This document shows positions 1-9,900 of a stretch of 64,000 bases of DNA, piece after piece. This DNA is from Verrucomicrobiota bacterium (GTDB taxonomy: Bacteria > Verrucomicrobiota > Kiritimatiellia > RFP12 > UBA1067), in contig JBNMKZ010000006.1 in NCBI GenBank assembly GCA_050874585.1, forward strand, positions 134 to 64,133, read 5' to 3'. Made by a program: the position numbers and the translations under genes. Every line of letters starts with the position of its first letter. Positions within the stretch are counted from its first letter, which is position 1. The notes beneath the pieces were generated by a model. That model was given only the letters and a program-made list of their open reading frames with translations, made no database searches and had not been told where the DNA came from.

Positions 1-80
1 CGATTGACGGCATGACGGCAAAAGGATGGGGACTGCGCCCTCGAACCCCCGCAAACCGCCGCGCAAGCCCACAAGCAAGC

Positions 81-96
81 GGTTTTTTGGTATAAT
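81..96 (+). promoter_or_regulatory. extended -10 promoter (T-tract + TGGTATAAT)
   Basis: Sequence GGTTTTTTGGTATAAT, with TG at 88-89 and TATAAT at 91-96, 34 nt before ATG 131. It lies inside the longer ORF 26..1927. It is the right end of a ~37-bp cassette repeated at 22684-22720 and 35193-35230. Confidence 0.6.
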
Positions 97-130
97 ATTC
101 ACTTTCAAGAGTTTTAATAGAATTTGTGCC

Positions 131-1927
131 ATGGCGAACAAGACTCACAATCGTAAAAACTTAACGGGTGCGGGGGGCGTGTCGTCACGCAAAAATGCCT
201 TTTTCCCCCTGGCGGCTTTTCTTCTTCTTTCTCTGACGGTGATAGCGGCGGAGACTATGTTGCCGTCGGCAACGGTAGATGTGTCCGTCACGCTGAAGCC
301 CGGCTGGAACGCGTTTTATGTGCCAGTTGCGCCGCGTGAAACGGCGGATGAGACGTTCGCCGACTGGCCTGTTCCGTCCGTCTCCCTCTACAGTTCGCGG
401 GTGTTCCTTGAGACGCGTTCGACCGAAGGCGGCGTTACGGGCGAAACGGTGACGCGCACCCCGTTCCTGATTTGGACGCGTGAAGCCCCCGCCGCCTCGT
501 CTCTTTCCTCTCTTGTGGGCGATTCGGTTCTCGTCTGCTGCAACACGGGGACGGTGGCGTATGTCGCCTATCTTCGGGGCGTACCGGCTGCGCCGCGTGT
601 CGCGTGGCATGTCTCGAACTCGTCGGGCGAGACGCTCAACTACGTCGGCGTGGGGATGAACCCGGGCGCAAAGGTCAAGGCCTCCACCTGGTTTGCGGGG
701 TGCACATCCGTGCGCGGCGGTTTGTTCTACAAACTGTCGGGGACGGATGAGAGTTCGCCGCGTGTCTCGTCGCTTGCGGGATTTGGCGCGACGGCATCCG
801 CAATGCTCTCGGACGGCATGGCCGTTCTGGTCCCGGGCGCGGCGATTTCGGAATGGTCGGGTCCGCTGTACGTGACGCCCCGTGATGGCGTTGATTTCGG
901 CGACTCGCGCACGACGGACGAGGTGTCAATCCGCAATGACGGCGCGGCGGAAAAGACGGTGACGCTGTCGCTTGTGTCGTCTTCCGATGGCGCGGAGCCG
1001 ATGGCGCTGCTGGTACGAGATGCCGCGGAGGCGGTTGTGAACCCGGACTGGCTGTCCCTGACCGTCAATGGCGACGGGCTGACGCGGACGCTTGCGACGG
1101 GCGAGACATGGCGCGTTTCACTGGCACTCGACCGGACGAAGCTGCTCGGGACAGGGGCGCGGCTCAGTTCGATTCTGCGCGTTGCCGAAGTCGGTGGGAC
1201 GGAAATGCGCGTCAACTTTCCCGTGTCGGCGACAGCTGCGCGGGAGGAGAATACCTGGCCAAGCGGACTGTGGGCGGTCGATCTTGAACTGGACCGCGTG
1301 TCGCGCTATGTGACGGACGACACGCGCGTGGACGGTGTCAAGGCGGGTGGCAAGATGAAGCTCCGCCTTTATGTCCACGTGGATGCGCAGGGCGTGACGC
1401 GCCTGTTGTCGCGGGTGACGATTGCCGGGACGCAGAAGTCGGACGGGACAATCTCACGGACGGCCTTCGGTCCGCAGGCGACCTTGCCGGCGGGGCTTGA
1501 CTATGCGCGGCGTCTTACGTCCGCCGCGCTGCCGGTTGACTTGGATGCGCTTTTGCCGACGGGCGGCTCGAAGTGGGGCGAGAAGCAGACGTTTGACTAC
1601 CGAATCGCCGCGAAAAGTCCGTCAAATCCGTTCCGTCATCCGTTGCATCCGATGTTCGATGGAAAGGACGCGAACTTCGAGCCGTTGCCGTACGATGGCG
1701 ACGACTTCAGGAACTATGCGAATACGGTGAAGCCCGAACTCTTCTCGCTGGGCGGGCAGGTCGTGCTGGAGCCGGACGCGACGACGGGCACGGCGTGGTC
1801 GCCGCAGGAGACGGTGTCGGGTTCGTGTGACTGGATTTACACGGGGCTAATGCGGCAGGGGTCCGTCAAGGCCACGGGACGCTTTACGGCGCAGCGCGTC
1901 GTCCCCGGCGTTGCCCTGGGGCTGTGA
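131..1927 (+). CDS. hypothetical exported or membrane-anchored protein (598 aa)
   Basis: From ORF 26..1927. Start moved to in-frame ATG 131 because the TGGTATAAT box lies at 88-96. Hydrophobic N-terminal segment FFPLAAFLLLSLTVIAAE. No family recognised. C-terminal motif NPFRHPLHPMFDG noted. Confidence 0.65.
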   Translation: MANKTHNRKNLTGAGGVSSRKNAFFPLAAFLLLSLTVIAAETMLPSATVDVSVTLKPGWNAFYVPVAPRETADETFADWPVPSVSLYSSRVFLETRSTEGGVTGETVTRTPFLIWTREAPAASSLSSLVGDSVLVCCNTGTVAYVAYLRGVPAAPRVAWHVSNSSGETLNYVGVGMNPGAKVKASTWFAGCTSVRGGLFYKLSGTDESSPRVSSLAGFGATASAMLSDGMAVLVPGAAISEWSGPLYVTPRDGVDFGDSRTTDEVSIRNDGAAEKTVTLSLVSSSDGAEPMALLVRDAAEAVVNPDWLSLTVNGDGLTRTLATGETWRVSLALDRTKLLGTGARLSSILRVAEVGGTEMRVNFPVSATAAREENTWPSGLWAVDLELDRVSRYVTDDTRVDGVKAGGKMKLRLYVHVDAQGVTRLLSRVTIAGTQKSDGTISRTAFGPQATLPAGLDYARRLTSAALPVDLDALLPTGGSKWGEKQTFDYRIAAKSPSNPFRHPLHPMFDGKDANFEPLPYDGDDFRNYANTVKPELFSLGGQVVLEPDATTGTAWSPQETVSGSCDWIYTGLMRQGSVKATGRFTAQRVVPGVALGL

Positions 1928-2011
1928 GGGCGGTATGGGACGGACGGGACGGATGTGACACACACGCGACCAAGAACCGAGACAGGAGAACATAAGAGGA
2001 AACCCAAGGTG

Positions 2012-2746
2012 ATGAAAGGCGAGAAAATGAACGAAGTGGCTAATCAGCCTGCCGCCGCAGGCCGTCCGCTTCCCATTATTTTGCCTCATGGCGGGTACCG
2101 CAAGTTGATTGTCTATCGCAAAAGCGACATCATCTACGAGGGAACGGTTGTCTTCTGTCGGCGGTTTCTGCCGGCGCACGGCGACCGTACGGTCGATCAG
2201 ATGACGCAGGCTGCACGTAGTTGCAAGCAGAACATCGCCGAGGGGAGCGCGGCTTCGGGGACGTCGAAGGAGACCGAGATTAAGCTCACCAATGTGGCGC
2301 GGGCGACTCTTGACGAATTGATTGAAGACTATCTCGATTGGCTCAAGGTACATGGCTTTGAGCCGTGGCCGACGGACGATGTGCGCCGTGTGGCCGCACG
2401 TGACTTTGCAAAAGAACACGCGGACTGGACCGACTGGAAGCCGTTCTTCGCGACGCGTCCACCGGAGACGGTGGCGAATCTCATGTTGACGCTCTGCCAC
2501 CAGACGCGCTATCTGCTGGATCGCATGCTGGCGCGGCAGGAGGCGGATTTCACGCGTTTCGGCGGTGTGCGCGAGCGGATGCACGCCGTCCGTACGGCGG
2601 CACGCGGCGAAAACTGGGAGACGGGTGTCTACTCGCGCCTTGATGCGGCGGGTGATGTCGCCGAACTCACGGCCTGTGCGTTGGAGATCAAGCACCGCGT
2701 TGACCAGGCCGTTGCCGCGCTCAAGCGCCGGAAGGGGTGGCGGTAG
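2012..2746 (+). CDS. four-helix-bundle protein (23S rRNA intervening-sequence protein / Avd-like family) with C-terminal suffix domain
   Basis: LPHGGYRKL, DQMTQAARSCKQNIAEGSAASGTSKETEIKLTNVARATLDEL matches the family signature as I remember it. Start is uncertain (GTG 1955, ATG 2012 or ATG 2027). AAGAGGA at 1994-2000 favours 2012. Confidence 0.75.
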   Translation: MKGEKMNEVANQPAAAGRPLPIILPHGGYRKLIVYRKSDIIYEGTVVFCRRFLPAHGDRTVDQMTQAARSCKQNIAEGSAASGTSKETEIKLTNVARATLDELIEDYLDWLKVHGFEPWPTDDVRRVAARDFAKEHADWTDWKPFFATRPPETVANLMLTLCHQTRYLLDRMLARQEADFTRFGGVRERMHAVRTAARGENWETGVYSRLDAAGDVAELTACALEIKHRVDQAVAALKRRKGWR

Positions 2747-2862
2747 GTAGTGTGCGCGAGACGGACAGGACGCACGCGACTTTTTGAAGAAGAAGAAATA
2801 GAAGCGAATTTAAAACCAGAGGATTAGAAAACAGCAAGCGAACTTAAAAGGAAACCAGAAAA

Positions 2863-3924
2863 ATGAAATTCAACAATCAATTCAAGTCGGTTCTGTCGCG
2901 TCAGTCCCACGCGTCGCGTCCGTCCCGTGCGCGGAGCCTTCGCGCCTTTCTCGCGGTGGCGTGTGCGGCCTTTTCGGTGGCGGCATCGGCTGTGCCCGTG
3001 TCCGTGGCCTATCAGGGTGTCCTGCGCAATGCCCAAGGTGGCGTGATTGCAGATCGTCAGCAGACGATTGAGTTCCGTCTCTACAAGGAGGCCACGGGCG
3101 AGACGACATCCGCCCTCTGGGGGCGCTCGGTCGCCGTGCTCCTCGACACGAACGGGCTCTTCAATGTTTCGCTTGAGGATGGCAACGGCTCCGTGCTGGA
3201 GTCCACGGCCTACACGAATCTCGTCTCGGCGCTCAAGGCCGCCCGCACGACCAACCTCTTCGTGGGTCTGACCGTCGTCAACAGCTCCGGCGAAATTGCG
3301 CCGCGTCAGCAGATTCTCTCCGTTCCCTACGCGACGTTTGCGCAGGATGTCGACGCCGCCTCTGGCGACTTCCGCGTCTCGGGCCGTGCGGTCGTCAAGG
3401 ATCTTGAGGTCTCGAACAAGGCCGCGTTCAAGGGCGCGGTCGAGTTTGCGCAGGATGTCGCGATTGACAAGAAGCTGACCGTTTCGGGTGGACTCAAGGT
3501 CGCGGCGGGCGGCGGCATCGAGGGCTACGGCACGATTCCCGTCGGCGGCATCATCATGTGGAGTGGTCGCACCGTTCCCGACGGCTGGGCGCTTTGCGAC
3601 GGAAACAATGGAACGCCGAATTTGGTCGATCGGTTTGTAATGGGGGCGACGACGGCCAAGATTGGTGGAACGGGCGGTAAATCGTCGATTAATCTGACAA
3701 TCAACCAGTTGCCGCCGCATCGGCACGAGTATTTTGGCGACGACCAGATTCATGGCCGCGACGCTGAGACGACGTGGGCTTCGCGCTATGTTGGTGGCTA
3801 CGACGCCGACAGTAGCAAAAAGGGCGACGCACAGGTGTATTGGTCTGGCTCGACAGGCAATGGGGATGCGATCGATATTCTGCCGCCTTACTATCGGCTC
3901 GCGTTCATCATGCGCGTGAAGTAA
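2863..3924 (+). CDS. phage tail collar domain protein (MdpB-like), secreted
   Basis: C-terminal GIIMWSGRTVPDGWALCDGNNGTPNLVDRFVMGA ... INLTINQLPPHRHEY is the tail-collar signature. N-terminus is signal-peptide-like (AVACAAFSVAASA). An A-rich leader lies upstream. Confidence 0.8.
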   Translation: MKFNNQFKSVLSRQSHASRPSRARSLRAFLAVACAAFSVAASAVPVSVAYQGVLRNAQGGVIADRQQTIEFRLYKEATGETTSALWGRSVAVLLDTNGLFNVSLEDGNGSVLESTAYTNLVSALKAARTTNLFVGLTVVNSSGEIAPRQQILSVPYATFAQDVDAASGDFRVSGRAVVKDLEVSNKAAFKGAVEFAQDVAIDKKLTVSGGLKVAAGGGIEGYGTIPVGGIIMWSGRTVPDGWALCDGNNGTPNLVDRFVMGATTAKIGGTGGKSSINLTINQLPPHRHEYFGDDQIHGRDAETTWASRYVGGYDADSSKKGDAQVYWSGSTGNGDAIDILPPYYRLAFIMRVK

Positions 3925-3952
3925 AAAACGAATTCCTTCTTTTCGGACTACC

Positions 3953-6900
3953 ATGAAGCGTCTTCTCCTTTACCTATTGGCTGCGGCTGCCGCCGTCCCC
4001 TGGCCGGGACTGGCGGCGGACGAAAAGCCGTCCTACTCTCTCGCCCTCCCGACGGCCGCCGTCCTGCGCAATACGGATGACGTGGCGGCGAACGAGTGGC
4101 TCGCGTCGAACCGCACGATTTCCGTCGTCTCCTGTGCATCTGCCGCGCCGACGGCTTCGTCTGCGACGATTGCGGGCAATCCCGTTCTTCGGCTCGACTC
4201 GTGCGAGGCGGGCTTTGCGTTCGAGCGCATCAAGCCGGAGGTCTGGCTCGGCGGGACGCTGATTGCGCCGGCCGGGACGGACTGGACGAAGACTTACGAG
4301 GCCTATCTTGCGGCGGGTGGCGAGAAGACGGCGTTCATCTTTGATCCGCAGGGCAAGCGCGTCTATGCGCAGGTGGGCGGTACGCACGAGTTCACGTGGG
4401 TGCTCTCGGACGGCACGCGGCAGACGCGCAACTACGTCATCTCGTCCATTTGCGAGGGGCGGCCCTATCGGATGTTCTGGACGGACGACCCGTACAATGC
4501 GCCGCCCGTCAACATGAGCGGACGCTACATCCGCCTTTTCGGTCCGGACGAGATTGTCAAGCCCGTCTACGGGACGCAGGTCGTGGACCAGAATGGCCAG
4601 CGTGTCACGAACTCGAATGTCATCGTCAGCGGCGTCTTTCTTGACTCGTCCTCGTCGTGCCTTTACGCACGCGGCAAGGTCTCGGGGCAGTTCCTCGTTG
4701 CATTCTACGACTCCGGTTCCTATGAAAAGCTTCAGCGCATGCAGGTGGTTGAGGTCGGTGAACCCGGTGTCAACTATATGAAGGGCTATGTCGGCGAGAA
4801 GATTGAACCGTACGGCACGGGCTATGACACGGCGGGGCTTTACCCGTCCCCCGTCACGCTCGGTTCGGATGCGAACGACACCTCGGGAACCTACTACTAT
4901 CAGCACAAGGGCACCTATTCCTACAGTCCGAAGAACAACTGGGTTTATCCGCTGCGGACGACGGAAGGGGAGGCCTGGCGGTTGGACGTCTACTGGATGG
5001 AGACCGACGCGCATGGCATCAGCTGGCCGTTCGAACGATGCAACTATGACTGCTCGTGGCCGACGAACCGTGCTGCGATGCTCATCGCAGGTGCCCCCGT
5101 CAAGTTGCCGAGTGAGTACTCCGTGACGCTCAGTTCGTTCCAGGAGCCGGAGGGGCACGCTCGCGCACCTGAAGGCACCATTTTCAAGACGCAGGGCGCG
5201 GGCTTTTCGTTGCTCAAGGTCGGCGGACAGGATAATGTCTGGTTCATTCCCGTGCGTACGATTGAGCGGGCGGACACGAACTTCTTCACCCTCGCCGAAA
5301 GCGAGTGGTTTGTCGGCGATGAACTGCGGCCACGCGGCGGTTCCGTGCGCGGAACGGCGAACGGCTATATGCCCGAGATCGACATGACGGTTCCGGGTCT
5401 TCTGAACCTCGCCGAGTCGGGCGACAACTACAATCCGAACCTTTACTACGACTGGACGGCGACCTCGAACGATCTTGCGTCCGTCATCTACGCGGTCAAT
5501 ACCGTTCCGGCCTCCGCGAAGCCGCTGGAGGTCTGGTGGTCGTCGACCGTCCAGCAGGAGGGAATGTCGAAGCCGATTTCCTTCCCGTCGCTGGTGCAGC
5601 GCTATCGGATTGCGTGGCCGGCGGTCGACCAGGTGCCACAGATTGTCCTTGCCTCGCAGCAGGGCGGTGCCGGGACGACGCGCTATGAGACGGGTGCGAG
5701 CGCCAGTTTCGACAGTGCGGAAGCGACGCTCGCGCTGCCGAATGCCTATGCCTTCCATTCGATGGGCGGTTCGATTTCGTTTTGGGCGAACGCCGAGGAA
5801 CTGTCCGCTTCGGGCGACGTGCTGTCGCTCGGGACGGCGAACGATGCGCCGCTGACGGCGCACGTGACGGCCGACTTTGATGCGACGGCTGGGCGTGTCG
5901 CCTACAGCCTTGCGCTCACGGATGACGCGGGCGGTCTTGCGTCGCTTGCAACGCCGGCGCTCACGACGGACGGTTGGCACAAGGTCGTTTTCTCGTTCGG
6001 GTCGTCGAACCTGACGGCGTTCGTGGACGGCACGAGTGCCGCGTCGACGACGGTTGCGCGCGCGGCATTCGGCGGCTTTTTGGCGGGCAACCGTCTGGGC
6101 GGTGGAAACGCCGCCGTCGGGCTCGACCTTGACGATGTCGCCGTTTGGGCACGCACGTTTGATGCGGATGCCGCTTCGAACACGCTTTATTCCGTCCTCT
6201 CGGGCAATGAGGATGCGCTGACGTTTGCCTTTCTGTTCGAGGATAACGATTTGGAGCCGACCTTCGCCAATGTGCCGCGCACGGCGACTGACCATGTATC
6301 GGGGCGGACGTTCGATGCGGTGCACATCCTGCGGGCGACGCCGGGTGCACCCGTTCTCGGCACAGGTGTCTTCGCGGCGGATTCGACCCCGGTCGTCTAC
6401 CGTCAGCCCGATGCCTCGAAGCCCGGGTACAATCCGAATGAGGAGCACGCCTTCATGGCATCTGGCGCGGGTGGTTACTACGCTTGGGCACTGCGCTGCG
6501 ACCTCAATACGGACGAGACGTCCGAGCCGTTCGTCCTGGCTCAGTGCGTGTTGAACGGGCGGGCGGCCATGCGGGCGTTCTCGGTTCTCCTCACGAACGA
6601 GGTCTATACGGCGCTCGCGGCGGATGTGGATGCCGGGCACATGCTGCCGGGTCCGCATCCGATTGACCTCCTCGACACGCCATGGTGCCCGAAGGTTCGC
6701 TGGGATGCGGTGGACGGCCAGCCCTATGCGAGCGCCTTCCGCGACCGCAAGGGCCAGGTCTGGGCGCGTGCGGCGGGGGCGATTCCGATTCGGATGTACT
6801 ACCGCAATCAGGACGGATTCGACTATCCGAGCCTCTCGGCACCGCCTCCCGTCAATGCGGAGATTCCGTGGCTGTCGGAGCTGGGGCAAACGCCGAACGC

Positions 6901-9900
6901 GCATACGCTCGACAACACGCCGGCCCTTTGGACGTGGCGCGTCGCGTGGCCGTCGGGCGTGCCGACGATGCGCATTGGCGAGACGCTGACGACTGCAGCG
7001 AATGGACTGCCAGAAGTCTGGAACGCGAAGTCGGTGGCCGTCGTCTGGCCGCAGGGTGAAACGGATACGGTGCGGCTCTGGGACCCGACCGTGGCGCGTG
7101 AGTCCGGCAAGGAAGGCTACAAGACCGTGTCGGACCTGCTCGCCGATTTCGGCTTCTCGGTGGATGCGGGCAATGTCAAGCTCCGAGCGGGCAAGTATAC
7201 GTTCAAGGACTTGCCGCCGTCCATTGGCGATCGCTTCTACGTTGACGTCAGCAAGACGGTCACGAACTGCGTGACGCTCATCGGCAAGCTGGAGACGAAT
7301 GCGGGCGGCTCCATCCTCTGGCCGAATGTCGGCAACCAGGCCGAGATTGAGGCGTTGAAGGGCTTGGCGCCGGAAGGTCTGGAGACTTCAAAGCGCATGG
7401 CATGGGAGAACTTGATTGACGGGCTGGGGCTGTCCGCGCCAGTCGTGCCGACGACGGTGACGGATCCGCTCGATCCGGATGTCGCCTACATGCCGCGTGA
7501 CCACTACGCCCTCACGGCGATGGGCCAGACGAACTATGTTACGATTATTGAGAACGACGCGCCCGTCGGTAGCGGTCTCGGCCAGCTCGGGGTACAGGAA
7601 GGGGACGCAATCTCCATGCACGTCTTCGCCGTGACGAACCGCTACTATGCGGGGCGTGTCATTGCACGGGAAGATCCCCTGAACCTCCTCTCGCAGAAAC
7701 TCGCCATCCTCTACACCGAGTCGTTCGCCGGTGAGGCCGACGACTACGAGTTCGAGTGGAAGAAGGCGACGCCCACGGCTTCGGGTGCGATGCCGAAGGA
7801 CTACACGAACGCCTATGCGCGTGTCTTCTCCGAGCCGGCCGAGATGCAGGGCCTCACGCGCTTTACGCTTGGCGAGCAGGGCGACACGCTCGCGAATCTC
7901 GTCAACACCTTCTACGTGATGCGCTACCGGGCCGTCAGCGGCGCGGCAAAGGAGACGATGGGTGACACCTGGAGCGACTGGTGCGGGCCGACGCTCGCCG
8001 AGGGATGGATTCAGCGCGTCGTCAACAATGTGACACCGTTCACACAGCGTATGACCGACCTCTACGAGAACCGCGCCGAGACGGCCTCGTCGATGATTCA
8101 GGCCGCTGGCGGGCCGTACATGGGCGATGTTGCGCTCAGTCAGGATAACCTCACGTCCGTCGGGCTCATCCAGCTTTACCAGACGCTTCTCAACAAGGCG
8201 GAGTCGATGTCCATTGCCTCCGGCTCGGCGCAGGGCGTAAACGACGCAGAAGTGAACAAGCAGCTGTTGCTCGCCGTGGAGCGCCTGGCCGACCTCTACA
8301 CGCTACTCGGCAACGATGCCTACGCCGATGCGCTGAATCCAACGATTGGCTTCGGGTCTGACAATATCAACTATGGCGCGGCATCGCCGGGGCTTTTCTG
8401 CTTCGACAATCAGGTGCCGACGCTCCTTGACGAGGAACTTGCGCTTTTGCGCGGGCGCACGGGCGCAAACAATCCGTCCGTTGAGACGGCTCCGTTCTAC
8501 AACCGTCTCGTCTGGAATTTTACGCGTGGCATTACGGCGGGCGAGGTCGCCTACGCGATGAACTACAACATCAACTCGTCGAACGGTGACGCGAAGATAG
8601 ACGAGAATGACGCGGCACTTCAGTATCCGCAGGGGCATGGCGACGCATGGGGACACTACCTGAGCGGTCTCACGGCCTACTACCGCCTGTTGCGCAACCC
8701 GAACTTCACGTGGCCCGTCTCGCAGTCGCAGATGCTGGTCGCGGATGCCGTCGTTGATGTCGACTACTACGACGAGGAGCGCTTCGCCGAGATTGCGAAC
8801 AAGCTTGCCGTGACGGCGGCGGCGGTTGTCGATCGCACGGCCCGAAAGGCGTGGCGCGACAACGGCGGGGCGAACGGCGCGGGCTTCCTCGACGACGACA
8901 CGGAGCGCAACTTCGGCTATGGCGAATGGGCGACACGAGGTGCAATTGGTGCCGTTGCGAACTGGATGGTGGCGAATGCCATTCTGCCCGAGGCCGAGAC
9001 GGCCGAGGCCTGCAGCCGCCTCGTCTTCGGTCCTGACACGTACCTGTCGAATACCAATCTGCCGCTGGCCGCCTCGTCTGACCTGGCGCACGGCTGGACA
9101 TTCGAGTTCCAGGTCTCCGCACCGACCAACAGCCCGACGATTGGCGCGGGTTCGTTGCTGACGCTCTACGGAACCTTCGATGAGGATGCGCTCACCGTTG
9201 GCCGTCCGACCTCGGATGAGACGGATGCGACTGTCGGCATCCTGACGCTGGCGGCGACGGGCGATGGTCAGGCAAAGGTCGTGGCCCAGAATCGCACCTA
9301 CTATGTTGTTCCGGTCACCAACTACGTCACCGTCGTCGAGACGAATGCAACGGGGGAAGTCCTGACGACGCCCGGTGTCGAGAAAGTCGTGTACGACACG
9401 CGATTTGACACGAAAATGATTCTTGATGGTGAGACGATCCCCTTGCCGGAAGGGGCGCTTGTTGCGCTTGATCGCACGGCTTCGGGCGCGACGACCTTGC
9501 GCGTCCTCGATCCGAAGGGGGCTTCGCTGGCGCAACTCGACCTTGGCACGAGGATTCGGTGCACGCGGCCGATGGCCATTTTCGGCGGCGGATTTACGGG
9601 GTCGATTGGTGAAATTCGCGGATGGGGTGCGTCCCGTTCGGATGCGGAACTCCAGGCGGCGCGCACCTATGTGAATCCGCGCGAGCCGACGCTCGTGTTC
9701 TATATTCGCGGCACAACGTGGCGCACGACGGATGAGACGCTGGTGGATGAGACCCCGGGCAATGACTGCCCGTGGGAAGTTGTGAACCCACAGTGGGCGA
9801 AAGTCTCCGAGTCGGGCCTGTCGCTTGCGTTCTCGGATGATGGGCTTCTGCGCATTGACCGCACGACCGTCACCGACCTCGCGACGATTCCGACCTCCGT

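Noticed and set aside
26-130. N-terminal 35-codon extension of the first ORF (start at ATG 26)
   Set aside because: The extension contains the conserved promoter cassette and the TGGTATAAT box (81-96), and it translates to a Pro/Lys/Arg-rich peptide. ATG 131 downstream of the promoter is more plausible.
2012-2746. Diversity-generating retroelement (the four-helix-bundle protein is Avd-like and sits next to surface proteins)
   Set aside because: There is no reverse transcriptase gene, and I could not see a template/variable repeat pair anywhere in the window. This protein family is also common outside DGRs.
2863-3924. Prophage or tailocin remnant because of the phage tail collar domain
   Set aside because: No other phage-like genes (baseplate, sheath, tape measure, integrase, terminase) are nearby. 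The protein has a signal peptide, and tail-collar (MdpB-like) proteins occur as stand-alone bacterial genes.
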